Below are positions 53,262-62,105 of a DNA stretch of 64,000 nt, piece after piece. A program made the translations under genes and the position numbers. Location: the NCBI GenBank assembly GCA_963598795.1, contig CAVBUY010000002.1, forward strand, positions 78,216 through 142,215, in the 5' to 3' direction. A model generated the notes under the pieces. That model saw only the letters and a program-made list of their open reading frames with translations, was not told the DNA's origin and searched no databases. The DNA is from Alistipes shahii. GTDB lineage: Bacteria; Bacillota_I; Bacilli_A; RFN20; CAG-826. Within the stretch, counting starts at the first letter, position 1; the number at the start of each line of letters is the position of its first letter.

Positions 53262-54139
53262 TTGACCACGACGCCGAATATGGCGAATATGTTGAAATTA
53301 GTAACGGAAGCGGCGATTGCCAATCCCAAGATCACGCAAGCGAAAGATAGGCCGATTATATCTCTCCAGCTAAATTTGGCGACGCGGTAACGGCTTCTTT
53401 TTGCCCTTGGGTCATATCCGCGGCATTCCATGGCATCCGCCAATTCCTCGCTACGGATGAAAGCCGAAACGAATAGTGGGACGATTAAAGCCACGACCGC
53501 CCTTATTTTGGTTCCTAATCCGCCATGAGCGAAATCCACGCCCCTGGAAGCCTGCGCATTCATTATCCTTTGGGTGTCTTCCAATATGGTTGGGATAAAG
53601 CGCAAAGCAATCGAAAGAATCATCGCCAATTCATGTGTTGGCAAGCCAATGAGTTTAAAGGGGGTAAGATACCATTCGAAGGCATCAGTCATTTCCAATG
53701 GCTTGGTGGTCGCGGTCAAGACCATCATTATGGTTATCATCGACATAAGCCTTATCAATATCCTCGCCGCATCCAATAACGATGCCCAATAAATGGGGAA
53801 ATCTTTGATTTTGAAGGCTATCCAATCGGTATAAGTAGTCCTCGGAATAACACAATAGATTATCAAAACGAATATGGCCATAAACCATAGGTGTCTCAAT
53901 GATTTGAACAAAGAGAGAATAGATCCTTTGGAAATAAGCAACAAAATGACGGAAAGAATTAAAAGAAGGCCGTTTATGATGAAAGTCATGGTGTAGTAGC
54001 CTTCTTCCCCAATCGTTCCGTAATTCAAAAAGATAGGGACCATCAGAGCGATCAACGCAAAGATTTTTACCCTCGCATCCAATTTATGGATAAAGGTGTT
54101 ATATGGCGCATAGCGGCCCAAGGTGATGCTAGTCGCCAT
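53258..54139 (-). CDS. ecfT: ECF transporter transmembrane (T) component
   Basis: The 293-aa polytopic protein contains AQASRGVDF and ADAMECRGY (the Ala-Arg-Gly coupling motifs). It follows the two ECF ATPase genes. Confidence 0.85.
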   Translation of the reverse strand: MATSITLGRYAPYNTFIHKLDARVKIFALIALMVPIFLNYGTIGEEGYYTMTFIINGLLLILSVILLLISKGSILSLFKSLRHLWFMAIFVLIIYCVIPRTTYTDWIAFKIKDFPIYWASLLDAARILIRLMSMITIMMVLTATTKPLEMTDAFEWYLTPFKLIGLPTHELAMILSIALRFIPTILEDTQRIMNAQASRGVDFAHGGLGTKIRAVVALIVPLFVSAFIRSEELADAMECRGYDPRAKRSRYRVAKFSWRDIIGLSFACVILGLAIAASVTNFNIFAIFGVVVK

Positions 54140-54992
54140 TTTTTAGCGCCTCCTTGATGACTTCCGCCAAATCTTCTACGGTATTAAGCTCTTTTTTCTT
54201 CAAATCAAGACCTTTGGCCTTCAATTCCTTGTACGTTCTATAAACGTCAGGATTATCCAAAGAATACTGTTCCAAATCCAATTCGAACAAATCGGTCGGT
54301 TTTCCGTCGAAAGCGATGTTTCCGTCCGCGACTACTATGACTCTGTTGGCATATCTAGCCACCAAATTCATATCGTGGGTAACCAATATCAAATCCATGC
54401 CCTCTTCTTCGTGAATTTTCTTAAAGAGATCCATGGTGTCTATGGATGCGGCGGGATCCAAACCAGCTGTAGGCTCATCCAAGACCAAAACATCGGGTTT
54501 GGCCGCCAAAATGCCGGCGATCGCCACTTTCCTTTTTTCTCCTCCGCTCAATTCAAAAGGCGAACGTGAATAAAAGGATTCGTCCAATCCGACCATCGTT
54601 AAAGCTTCGTGCGCCCGTTTGATGGATTCTTCCTTGGAAACGCCGAAATTTTTCGGAGCAAAGGAAACATCCTTTTCCACCGTCTCTTCGAAGAGTTGAT
54701 ATTCAGGGAATTGAAAAACCATCCCGATTTTGGAACGCAAGGCCTTTATGGGTTTTCCCTTGAGTTTGTTTTTGGGTCCATTTACGAAATCGTCGACCCT
54801 CACTTCTCCGCTGCTGGGACGGAGAAGGGCGTTTATATGCTGTATTAAGGTTGATTTCCCAGACCCCGTTCTTCCGACTATGGCGATAAAAGAGCCTTTT
54901 TCGATTTCGAGGGAGACATCTTTGAGGGCTTCGAATTCAAATGGGGTTTTCTTGCTGAAAACATGGGACACATGATCAAAGATTATCGACAT
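54129..54992 (-). CDS. ecfA2: ECF transporter ATPase component A2
   Basis: It has Walker A GRTGSGKST, signature LSGGEKRKVAIAG and Walker B VLVLDEPTAGLD. Confidence 0.85.
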   Translation of the reverse strand: MSIIFDHVSHVFSKKTPFEFEALKDVSLEIEKGSFIAIVGRTGSGKSTLIQHINALLRPSSGEVRVDDFVNGPKNKLKGKPIKALRSKIGMVFQFPEYQLFEETVEKDVSFAPKNFGVSKEESIKRAHEALTMVGLDESFYSRSPFELSGGEKRKVAIAGILAAKPDVLVLDEPTAGLDPAASIDTMDLFKKIHEEEGMDLILVTHDMNLVARYANRVIVVADGNIAFDGKPTDLFELDLEQYSLDNPDVYRTYKELKAKGLDLKKKELNTVEDLAEVIKEALKNGD

Positions 54993-55804
54993 AGGTAATC
55001 CTCCAATTGCTCCATGTTTTCGATTGAATCGGGGATATTCACTCCCCTAGTTTTCAAAGCGTCTTTAAGTTGGATGAAGAACGGCACGCCCAAGCGTATT
55101 TCCTTTAAAGTTTCTTTTTGTCCGAATACCTCGTCAGGGGTTCCGACCGAGACGATTTCTCCTTTGTTCAAAACCATGACTTTGTCTGCCGAAGCGGCTT
55201 CTTCCACATCATGCGTGACCGATAAAATGGTAAGATCCAGGTTCTTTTCTTTCATCGAATCGATAAGCGACAATATCTCGCGTTTGCCTTTTGGGTCCAA
55301 CATTGAGGTCGCCTCGTCCAAGATCAATAAATCGGGCTTTAAGGCCAAAACCCCGGCGATGGCCACTCTTTGTTTCATCCCGCCGGAAAGGTTTTCTGGC
55401 GCGGAATCCTTGAATTTTTCCATCCCGACTTCCTTTAAAACCTGATCGATGATTTGGTCCATCTCTTCTTTTTTGACGCAACGGTTTTCCAAGCCAAAGG
55501 CGATGTCTTCCACCACCGTAGAGGCAACAAACTGGTTATCTGGGTTTTGGAAAACTATCCCGACTTTCTTATGTATTTCGTTGATGTTGTCTTTGTTTAC
55601 CGGCATATCGAAGACTTTGACATCCCCGGTGAATTTGCTATGCAACCCAACCAACACTTTAGTTAAGGTCGATTTCCCAGAACCATTATGGCCAATCAAG
55701 GCCACATGTTCGCCTTTTTCGATATTGAAAGAAAGGCCATTGAGGGTGTTTTTCTCATGGTCGTAACTAAAAACCAGGTTTTTGACTTCTATCGCGTGGC
55801 TCAT
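54983..55804 (-). CDS. ecfA1: ECF transporter ATPase component A1
   Basis: It has Walker A GHNGSGKST, signature LSGGMKQRVAIAG and Walker B LLILDEATSMLD. Confidence 0.85.
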   Translation of the reverse strand: MSHAIEVKNLVFSYDHEKNTLNGLSFNIEKGEHVALIGHNGSGKSTLTKVLVGLHSKFTGDVKVFDMPVNKDNINEIHKKVGIVFQNPDNQFVASTVVEDIAFGLENRCVKKEEMDQIIDQVLKEVGMEKFKDSAPENLSGGMKQRVAIAGVLALKPDLLILDEATSMLDPKGKREILSLIDSMKEKNLDLTILSVTHDVEEAASADKVMVLNKGEIVSVGTPDEVFGQKETLKEIRLGVPFFIQLKDALKTRGVNIPDSIENMEQLEDYLCR

Positions 55805-56016
55805 TGCTCGTTATCTTTATTTTTCTTTTGCTTCTTATATATCAGTAATTCGTTGACTATCACAAAGATGAGCCATAGGCCCGCCAAACATCCCCCGACT
55901 ATCCAATAAGTGATATCCGGGTCGTCTTTTCCGGCATTTGGGGCGAAGGCTACAGCCGCCACGATCCCAAGGATGATGATATAGATTATTATTCGATAAA
56001 GTACTCGGTTCTTCAT
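55801..56016 (-). CDS. Small two-TM membrane protein (71 aa)
   Basis: The sequence is MKNRVLYRIIIYIIILGIVAAVAFAP...WIVGGCLAGLWLIFVIVNELLIY. Its ATG overlaps the comEB-like stop (TAATG) and its stop overlaps the ecfA1 start. The longer 125-aa ORF-track version is Arg-rich and overlaps the deaminase gene. Confidence 0.55.
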   Translation of the reverse strand: MKNRVLYRIIIYIIILGIVAAVAFAPNAGKDDPDITYWIVGGCLAGLWLIFVIVNELLIYKKQKKNKDNEQ

Positions 56017-56501
56017 TATTTTATGCTTATGTCGATTTCTTTTCCTTTGTATTGGCGAAGCTTGACTCCAGCAAGATCCAATATTTTGCGGGAAGCTTTG
56101 TAAATGACGTCGTTGTTGTGGAAATCGGATAGATATACCACTTCTTTTATTCCGACTTGGACGATGGCTTTGGCGCATTCGTTACACGGGAATAAGGTGA
56201 CATATAAGGTGCAATCCTTCAAAGCCGTTCCTTGGCGATTGTTCAATATCGCGTTGAATTCCGCATGGCAAACGAAGAGATATTTGGAATCCAATCCTTC
56301 TCCATGCCCCCAGGGAACGTCGTTGTCGCTGACTCCTCTTGGCATGCCATTATATCCGACGGAAACTATTTTTTTGTCATTGTCAACAATGCAGGCCCCA
56401 ACTCTGGTAGAAGGGTCTTTGCTACGGAGAGACGATAACACGGCAAGGCCCATAAAATATTCGTCCCAATTGATATTGTCGGTTCTGAAAGTCTCTTCCA
56501 T
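56016..56501 (-). CDS. dCMP deaminase (ComEB-type)
   Basis: It contains NWDEYFMGLAVLSSLRSKDPSTRVGAC, the zinc motif HAEFNAI and PCNECAK. I chose the ATG at 56501, which follows an AAGGAG motif. Confidence 0.85.
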   Translation of the reverse strand: MEETFRTDNINWDEYFMGLAVLSSLRSKDPSTRVGACIVDNDKKIVSVGYNGMPRGVSDNDVPWGHGEGLDSKYLFVCHAEFNAILNNRQGTALKDCTLYVTLFPCNECAKAIVQVGIKEVVYLSDFHNNDVIYKASRKILDLAGVKLRQYKGKEIDISIK

Positions 56502-56621
56502 AAGGTCTCTCCTTCCGCGTAAAGCATACGCTTTAGGGAAATTATCGCAACAAAAGAAAAAAAGAGAAAGATTCTCCAATGATTGAAAGAGCCGGCTTAG
56601 CCGACTCTCTTAGCCAAGTCT

Positions 56622-58100
56622 TTATGCCTCCCACGGCACGGAATTGTATCTCGCCTCGAAGTTGTCCAAGCATATCCGGCCTTTGTTTCTGTCTCCGGAC
56701 GGATTTGAATGGGTGGCGAGGAATCTTATTCTCGTCGTGTCTTTCGGAAACATGGCGACATATCGGTTCGGCACGGTTTTGTCCGGCAATTGGTCGGGGT
56801 CTATGGAAATGTGGTTTTTCCAGCCGTCATCGTAATATTGGAGCATAAATGTCTCATTAGCCATGCCTTCGTTGAATCCCCAAGCCGACGCGTCGAAGGT
56901 AAGCTTCGAGGCCTTGGTCGGGAACGAGATGTCGATGTAGGCCATCCCGGCTCCGCTTCTGTTCGGCGACATCACGAGGTATTGATTCTCGATATAGCTT
57001 GCCCTCAGCCTCTCCGTCGAAAGCGAGGTCCCGTTCCCCAAAGCGACGGTAGCAGTCTTCGACGCGAAGAAATACTGGCCCCCGCCGGAATCGTTGACGA
57101 ACGAGGAGCTGAAGTCCGAGGCTGCAAAGTCATAGTTTTCCTCGTAATGCGGGTTGTAGGTTACTATTCCCGAATATATGTGATTCAATGCATCGGCGTC
57201 GCAATAATATTCGCGTTCCCATCCAAAGTTCAATCTAGCCTTCACGAACTTTTTGGTCAGTCTGTCGCCGCCACCGGTCGGTATGCCAACCCAAGTCTCG
57301 TATCCGTAAATATTTGAATAATGATTGGCAAACGATCCCAAGCTGCTATCTGCGCCGGTCAGCATCGAAACCGGCAGGCCATCGTCGATGTTGGAGACGA
57401 CGTCGTCCCAAAATTCCGATCCCCTGCCGCCGAACATTGAGAGCTTGTAAGTGGCTTGTATGGATAGGTCCCTGTCGAGGATGACGGAATTGAAGCCACT
57501 CGCCATATCCCAGGGCCACACGGTCGAATTGTTCAAAGACCCGGTAATCGAATAATGCGTGTTCGACATTACTTCAGCCGCTAATTCTATCCTTTTGGCT
57601 GAATCATTCGCGTCATCGATGATCTCCGAATAGCCCAAGTATCTGGCGAAGTAATCCAAAACGCCGATCGCGGCGATGGGCCCACATCCGCCATAGTCCG
57701 TTTTGTCTTGGACGCCGGCCATCGCAATGGCCTGATTAAGTTCGGAACGAGTATAATAAAACCGTTTCATTTCAATGGGCTCGTAGCCAGAAACGCGGTT
57801 CGTATCTTTGCAAAGCGCGTCGTTTCTCGACCAAACGTAATTCGGATACCTTTCGGCTAAAGTCGCCGAAACGTCTATAATCCCTTCGAAATCGGACCAG
57901 CTCCCTGTTTGATTTTGGCCGGCAAGCGTCGCCATATTTCGTTCAACGTAGTTTTCGTAATCGCCCCAGCTGTCGATTCCCGACGATGCGGCAAAAGCCG
58001 CTTCGTCTCCCGCCGAATGGGAGATAACGGATTCGAATGCCACATTAGGCGAATTCGAAAACGACGCGATGGCGCCAAGCAAAAGCAACGGATTAAACAT
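56622..58100 (-). CDS. Exported protein with a papain-fold/C39-like cysteine peptidase-like N-domain and an unassigned beta-rich C-domain
   Basis: The 492-aa ORF has a hydrophobic N-terminus, MFNPLLLLGAIASF. The candidate nucleophile context is DYGGCGPIAAIGVLDY and the candidate His context is SFANHYSNIYGYE. The sequence is visibly GC-richer than neighbouring housekeeping genes. Confidence 0.4.
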   Translation of the reverse strand: MFNPLLLLGAIASFSNSPNVAFESVISHSAGDEAAFAASSGIDSWGDYENYVERNMATLAGQNQTGSWSDFEGIIDVSATLAERYPNYVWSRNDALCKDTNRVSGYEPIEMKRFYYTRSELNQAIAMAGVQDKTDYGGCGPIAAIGVLDYFARYLGYSEIIDDANDSAKRIELAAEVMSNTHYSITGSLNNSTVWPWDMASGFNSVILDRDLSIQATYKLSMFGGRGSEFWDDVVSNIDDGLPVSMLTGADSSLGSFANHYSNIYGYETWVGIPTGGGDRLTKKFVKARLNFGWEREYYCDADALNHIYSGIVTYNPHYEENYDFAASDFSSSFVNDSGGGQYFFASKTATVALGNGTSLSTERLRASYIENQYLVMSPNRSGAGMAYIDISFPTKASKLTFDASAWGFNEGMANETFMLQYYDDGWKNHISIDPDQLPDKTVPNRYVAMFPKDTTRIRFLATHSNPSGDRNKGRICLDNFEARYNSVPWEA

Positions 58101-58103
58101 GTA

Positions 58104-58607
58104 TCATTCTCCTCTCATGTCCAAGCCAAAATGGTAGTCATCAGTTTCACAAATCCGGACATCATAACAATAATGGTTCCATTCATCATCGATATCGGAA
58201 TGGTACTTCCATATGAACTTAACAGGGTCGATGCTTATATGACCATCGGTATACGAAATAGGAAGGGCGACAACACCTTCATAATAATCAACAAGCTTCC
58301 CTATCTCGTATTTGGTCCTCGTCCCATCCGAATCGGTGACATAAAGCTCCAATGCGTAGTATTTTGAGGTCACCAAATCCTTGACGACGTTTTGAAAGTT
58401 GGAAGAAAGATATTGTTCGGAATTGATTTCGGTCACAAAGAACTCGCATTTCACCGTCCCGCTCAGCGAATCGTAGCCTTCGAAAACCCCTGGCACGAAT
58501 ACATTTCTCTTTTTAGTGCCTCGATAGCAAGAAGACAAACTAAATGACAGCGTCGTCAACAAAAACGCGGTGAGTATAAAATTTCTTTTCCGACGATTTT
58601 TTTCCAT
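58104..58607 (-). CDS. Small lipoprotein of unknown function
   Basis: The 167-aa ORF has signal MEKNRRKRNFILTAFLLTTLSFSLSSC. It ends 3 nt before the start of the peptidase-like gene. Confidence 0.65.
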   Translation of the reverse strand: MEKNRRKRNFILTAFLLTTLSFSLSSCYRGTKKRNVFVPGVFEGYDSLSGTVKCEFFVTEINSEQYLSSNFQNVVKDLVTSKYYALELYVTDSDGTRTKYEIGKLVDYYEGVVALPISYTDGHISIDPVKFIWKYHSDIDDEWNHYCYDVRICETDDYHFGLDMRGE

Positions 58608-58705
58608 TGGAATGAATGACTTTGTGTCTCCATACTAACATGAAACTTTGAATAGTCAAAAACTCAACCGTAAATAATTCGTCAATTTATTTGTTTTATT
58701 ACATT

Positions 58706-58727
58706 AAAAAAGCCCTCCTAGGAGGGC
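58706..58727 (-). terminator. Palindromic hairpin GCCCTCCTAGGAGGGC followed by T6 on the minus strand
   Basis: The perfect 16-bp palindrome lies at 58712..58727 with an A6 run at 58706..58711 on the plus strand. It lies 24 nt after the small ORF 58751..58909. Confidence 0.6.
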
Positions 58728-58750
58728 AAGGGAACAAAATCTAACAAATA

Positions 58751-58909
58751 TCAATATTCATCATTGTCGAAGGCCGAAATCATGATTTTGCTCGTTTGAT
58801 GAACGGCCTCCACCATCTCACATTCGGAAATGTAGTCCTCTTTGCTGGCTCTGGACCTTTTGTCTTCATCAACACGGAAAGGGAAACTATCTGGATTGAA
58901 CATAATCAT
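58751..58909 (-). CDS. Candidate small acidic protein (50-52 aa)
   Basis: My own translation gives M(IM)FNPDSFPFRVDEDKRSRASKEDYISECEMVEAVHQTSKIMISAFDNDEY. A GAGAGG motif lies upstream of the second ATG (58903) and a strong terminator lies downstream. It falls below the ORF-track cutoff. Confidence 0.35.
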   Translation of the reverse strand: MIMFNPDSFPFRVDEDKRSRASKEDYISECEMVEAVHQTSKIMISAFDNDEY

Positions 58910-59013
58910 TGCCTCTCAACGATAAGTAATTTTGATAGAAAAAATAAGCTAGCTCAACGATGCTTATTTTACACTGTATAAATAAAGTCCAAAGGGCTTA
59001 GAAATCACCTAAA

Positions 59014-59337
59014 CTATTTCTTTTTAGAAGGTTTCAAAACATATCCGAAGCCATAGACGGAAACGATTTTCGCTAGCTTGATTTTATTAAGTTTTCCCCT
59101 TAAGGAAGAAATGTGCACATCAACGATTCTGCTGTTGTCGTTATGATCATTCTTCTTAAGAAGACTTAAAAGAAAATCTCTCGATACGGGTTTTCCGACA
59201 TTGAAATAAAGGCCCTTTAGCAAAGACCATTCCATTGTGGTAAAGGAAGAAGACTTCCCGTTAAAATAAACGACTCTTTCGTCAGAGTCCACCTTAACCC
59301 TTTCCCCGTCGTCGCGGATAAGTTCGAGAAACGCCAT
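59014..59337 (-). CDS. Stand-alone OmpR/PhoB-type winged-helix DNA-binding domain protein (no receiver domain)
   Basis: The 107-aa ORF contains ...FTTMEWSLLKGLYFNVGKPVSRDFLLSLL...RIVDVHISSLRGKLNK...VYGFGYVLK. This matches the trans_reg_C pattern (T..E..LL..L......v.sr..L......vdvhis.LR.Kl...i.tv.g.GY.l). Confidence 0.7.
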   Translation of the reverse strand: MAFLELIRDDGERVKVDSDERVVYFNGKSSSFTTMEWSLLKGLYFNVGKPVSRDFLLSLLKKNDHNDNSRIVDVHISSLRGKLNKIKLAKIVSVYGFGYVLKPSKKK

Positions 59338-59338
59338 A

Positions 59339-59497
59339 TCATTTGCCTTTCAAGACCACGACAACGATAATGCAGGCGATGATTAAAAGGATAAGAACGG
59401 AAAAATAGATGATTCCCCTTATTTTCCCTTTCTTTGCGGCTTTTATATCTTCTTCGTCCATGTCGACGACTTGCATTTTCTCTTCTTCTTCAGTCAT
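59339..59497 (-). CDS. Candidate small single-pass membrane protein (52 aa)
   Basis: My own translation gives MTEEEEKMQVVDMDEEDIKAAKKGKIRGIIYFSVLILLIIACIIVVVVLKGK. The ATG lies 2 nt after the smpB stop, and its stop lies 1 nt before the ATG of the wHTH gene. Confidence 0.45.
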   Translation of the reverse strand: MTEEEEKMQVVDMDEEDIKAAKKGKIRGIIYFSVLILLIIACIIVVVVLKGK

Positions 59498-59499
59498 AA

Positions 59500-59973
59500 C
59501 TATCTATAATCCGCGGCTTTCATTTTTTGCATGTCGCGGTCCTCATCGCGTTTCTTGATTGATTCCCTCTTGTCGTAAAGTTTCTTGCCTTTGGCCAAAG
59601 CGATTTCCAATTTGGCGTATCCATGCATCAAAAACAATTTGGTCGGAACGCAAGTATAACCGCCGTCCTTTAGGCTATTCCCCAATTTCTTGATTTCGCT
59701 TTTCGAAAGAAGGAGCTTTCTGTCCCTAAGATGATCCACATTATGGATATTGCCTTCCTTATAGGGGGCGATATGCATATTGCAGATAAAAGCCTCGTTG
59801 TTCCTGACTTGGACATAAGAATCCGAAATTCCGGCATTATGGGCGCGAAGCGACTTGATTTCGGTCCCGGTCAATACGATTCCAGCGGTAAGGAAATCAC
59901 TGAGGAAATACTCATAATGAGCCCTCCTATTTTCCAATAAAACCGAATTGTCTTTCTTTCTTCCCATAAGCAA
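59500..59973 (-). CDS. smpB: SsrA-binding protein
   Basis: It contains ENRRAHYEYFL, LTGTEIKSLR and a basic C-terminal tail. The true start may be the third codon (59967). Confidence 0.9.
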   Translation of the reverse strand: MLMGRKKDNSVLLENRRAHYEYFLSDFLTAGIVLTGTEIKSLRAHNAGISDSYVQVRNNEAFICNMHIAPYKEGNIHNVDHLRDRKLLLSKSEIKKLGNSLKDGGYTCVPTKLFLMHGYAKLEIALAKGKKLYDKRESIKKRDEDRDMQKMKAADYR

Positions 59974-60055
59974 AGGTGATTATATCACACAATCTTAAGC
60001 GCCTCACTTGTCTAGATGTCATCTTTCCCTTAAATTTAAGGAGGAGGACATAATT

Positions 60056-60412
60056 ATGAAAGACATCAAATTTTACAAAACCGCGGAAGGGAAAATACTT
60101 TTGGATCTCGTTCCTAGCAAAGATAGTGAAGGTTTAAAGGAATTGATTCCCGGAGAGGTCGACGCCGCCAGAGAAAAGCACGTTCCTGAAATAAGCTTCA
60201 AAGACAATAAAGTTATTGTCGACATCGGTTCTATCGAGCATCCGATGATGGATGTGCATTATATACAGTTCATCGCTTTAATTACCGATAGAGGCGTGGA
60301 AGTAGTCAATCTAAAACCAGGTGAAAAACCACACGCGGAATTTGAAATAGCCGAGCATGGAATCGTTTACGAATATTGCAACCTCCATGGACTTTGGAAG
60401 AAAGAATTCTAA
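60056..60412 (+). CDS. Superoxide reductase (neelaredoxin / desulfoferrodoxin centre-II type)
   Basis: The 118-aa ORF starts at the ATG preceded by AAGGAGGAGG. It contains EKHVP, HPMMDVHYI and CNLHGLW, the iron-ligand motifs. Confidence 0.8.
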   Translation: MKDIKFYKTAEGKILLDLVPSKDSEGLKELIPGEVDAAREKHVPEISFKDNKVIVDIGSIEHPMMDVHYIQFIALITDRGVEVVNLKPGEKPHAEFEIAEHGIVYEYCNLHGLWKKEF

Positions 60413-60425
60413 GTTAAGATTTGAC

Positions 60426-60463
60426 AAAAAGGGACCCGAGAAATTGTCGGGTCCCTTTTAAAA
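60426..60463. terminator. Bidirectional intrinsic terminator between the convergent sor and gpmA genes
   Basis: The sequence is AAAAA-GGGACCCGA-GAAATTG-TCGGGTCCC-TTTTAAAA. Confidence 0.7.
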
Positions 60464-60466
60464 CGC

Positions 60467-61174
60467 TTATAGATAATATTTGTTCAATACCTTCAAATCC
60501 TTCTCATCCAATTCGTATACCAAAGGTTTTCCGGTCGGGATTTCGACATTGATGATTTCGTTTGGGGTCATATGCTCAAGTTCCATGACCAAGGCTCTTA
60601 AAGAGTTGCCATGCGCGGCGATGATTATGCGCTTGCCTTCCTTTATGGCCGGGACAATATGCTCCAAGAAATACGGACGGAAACGATTGGCGGTGTCGAT
60701 AAGGCATTCGGTGGTCGGAAGTTCTTCTTCCTTCATTTCGCCGATCTTTACGAGATTCTGATATTTTTCCTGATTGCCGGGGAATCTCTCGTCATCTTTG
60801 GAAAGGGCAGGAGGTTGAACGTCGGCCGACCTTCTCCAAATATGGACTTGCTCATCTCCCCATTTCTTGGCGGATTCCGCTTTATTTAGACCTTGAAGGG
60901 CGCCATAATGACGTTCATTCAATCTCCAGGTGTAATGTTTGGGCAAATCGGATTGTCCCAATTCCCCCAAAGCGTAATCCAAGGTCTTATTGGCACGCAT
61001 CAAGACGGAAGAATATCCTTCATCGAACACGAACCCGGCATCTTTTAAGGCCTTTCCGGCGGCTTTTGCCTCATTTATACCATTAGGGGAAAGGTCGACG
61101 TCTGTCCAACCGGTGAATTTGTTTTCGAGGTTCCACATGGATTGCCCATGTCTAAGCAATACTAATTTGATCAT
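60467..61174 (-). CDS. gpmA: 2,3-bisphosphoglycerate-dependent phosphoglycerate mutase
   Basis: It begins [29 protein letters not shown] and contains ERHYGALQG and [10 protein letters not shown]. Confidence 0.95.
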   Translation of the reverse strand: MIKLVLLRHGQSMWNLENKFTGWTDVDLSPNGINEAKAAGKALKDAGFVFDEGYSSVLMRANKTLDYALGELGQSDLPKHYTWRLNERHYGALQGLNKAESAKKWGDEQVHIWRRSADVQPPALSKDDERFPGNQEKYQNLVKIGEMKEEELPTTECLIDTANRFRPYFLEHIVPAIKEGKRIIIAAHGNSLRALVMELEHMTPNEIINVEIPTGKPLVYELDEKDLKVLNKYYL

Positions 61175-61188
61175 TAACTTTTCTCCAA

Positions 61189-62088
61189 CTATTTATTCAA
61201 GAACTCCAATATGTCGTTCATGACTTCTTCTTTCTTTTCTTCGTTCAATATCTCGTGGCGCATATGCTCGTAGATTTTGACCGTGCAGTCTTTCATGCCC
61301 AAGGATTTATACAATTCTCCCAAGGCTTTGGGGCCTTTGCCCATCTTACCGACCGGATCCCCGTCCCCTGCAACGATTAAGACATGTTCGTCTTTCGAAA
61401 TGCACTTAAGGTATTTCTTCTTGTGAATGAGGGTCATGCCTTTAAGGAATTCTTTCCAGAAGCCTTTGGTGTTGGTATGTCCCAAATAAGGGTCCGCCAA
61501 ATAGTTTTTGACATTCTCTTCATTATAAGAGAGCCAATCAACGTCCGTTTTCCTATCTTTCACGGCTTTGGTATAAGCACCGAGGCTGAGATTCGTGATG
61601 AATTTGGAAGGCTTATCGCGGTTCTTTTCGTTAACCGTCAATTTGGCGAGGAAATAACCCGCTCCAATAAGCATTTTGTCCGGTCCGTTCGAACCCATGA
61701 TAATCACTTTATCGGCCGTATTAGGATAGACCTCAATATAATGCTGAACCATGAAGCTTCCCATCGAATGACCCATCAAACATGTAGGAAGGCCATCTTT
61801 TTTAAGTTCTTCAATCTTAATATGCAAAGCGTTAACTGAATCAAAGAAAGCTCCCTTAGGCCAAATCTGAAGATCTTTTTCGCTTTCTGCGTTAAAGCCT
61901 TGGCCATGGGCGTCCATAACATAGACGTCGATGCCGTTATTGTTTAAAAAAGTGGCGAATTCCTCATATCTGGTGGCCTTTTCTTGCATTCCGGTATGAA
62001 CAACCAAATGCATTCTCGGATTCGGAATCTTATAGGCCGCGCCATATAAGGTCCTGCCGTTTTCCAATTGGACGCTGAATTTTTCCAT
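61189..62088 (-). CDS. Alpha/beta-hydrolase (lysophospholipase / monoacylglycerol lipase-like)
   Basis: The 299-aa ORF has HTGMQEK, the nucleophile elbow GHSMGS and a C-terminal H in YEHMRHEIL. Confidence 0.75.
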   Translation of the reverse strand: MEKFSVQLENGRTLYGAAYKIPNPRMHLVVHTGMQEKATRYEEFATFLNNNGIDVYVMDAHGQGFNAESEKDLQIWPKGAFFDSVNALHIKIEELKKDGLPTCLMGHSMGSFMVQHYIEVYPNTADKVIIMGSNGPDKMLIGAGYFLAKLTVNEKNRDKPSKFITNLSLGAYTKAVKDRKTDVDWLSYNEENVKNYLADPYLGHTNTKGFWKEFLKGMTLIHKKKYLKCISKDEHVLIVAGDGDPVGKMGKGPKALGELYKSLGMKDCTVKIYEHMRHEILNEEKKEEVMNDILEFLNK

Positions 62089-62105
62089 TTCGTTTCTCCT
62101 TTTCT

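Noticed and set aside
55801-56178. The 125-aa version of the small membrane protein ORF.
   Set aside because: Its first 54 codons are Arg/Gln-rich and overlap the dCMP deaminase gene. The internal ATG at 56016 gives a clean two-TM protein coupled to the neighbouring genes.
58608-60055. A tmRNA (ssrA) gene next to smpB.
   Set aside because: I looked for a tRNA-Ala-like acceptor/T-arm and a tag reading frame in the flanking non-coding DNA on both strands. The gaps are short and are taken up by small ORFs and terminators. Nothing tRNA-like was seen.
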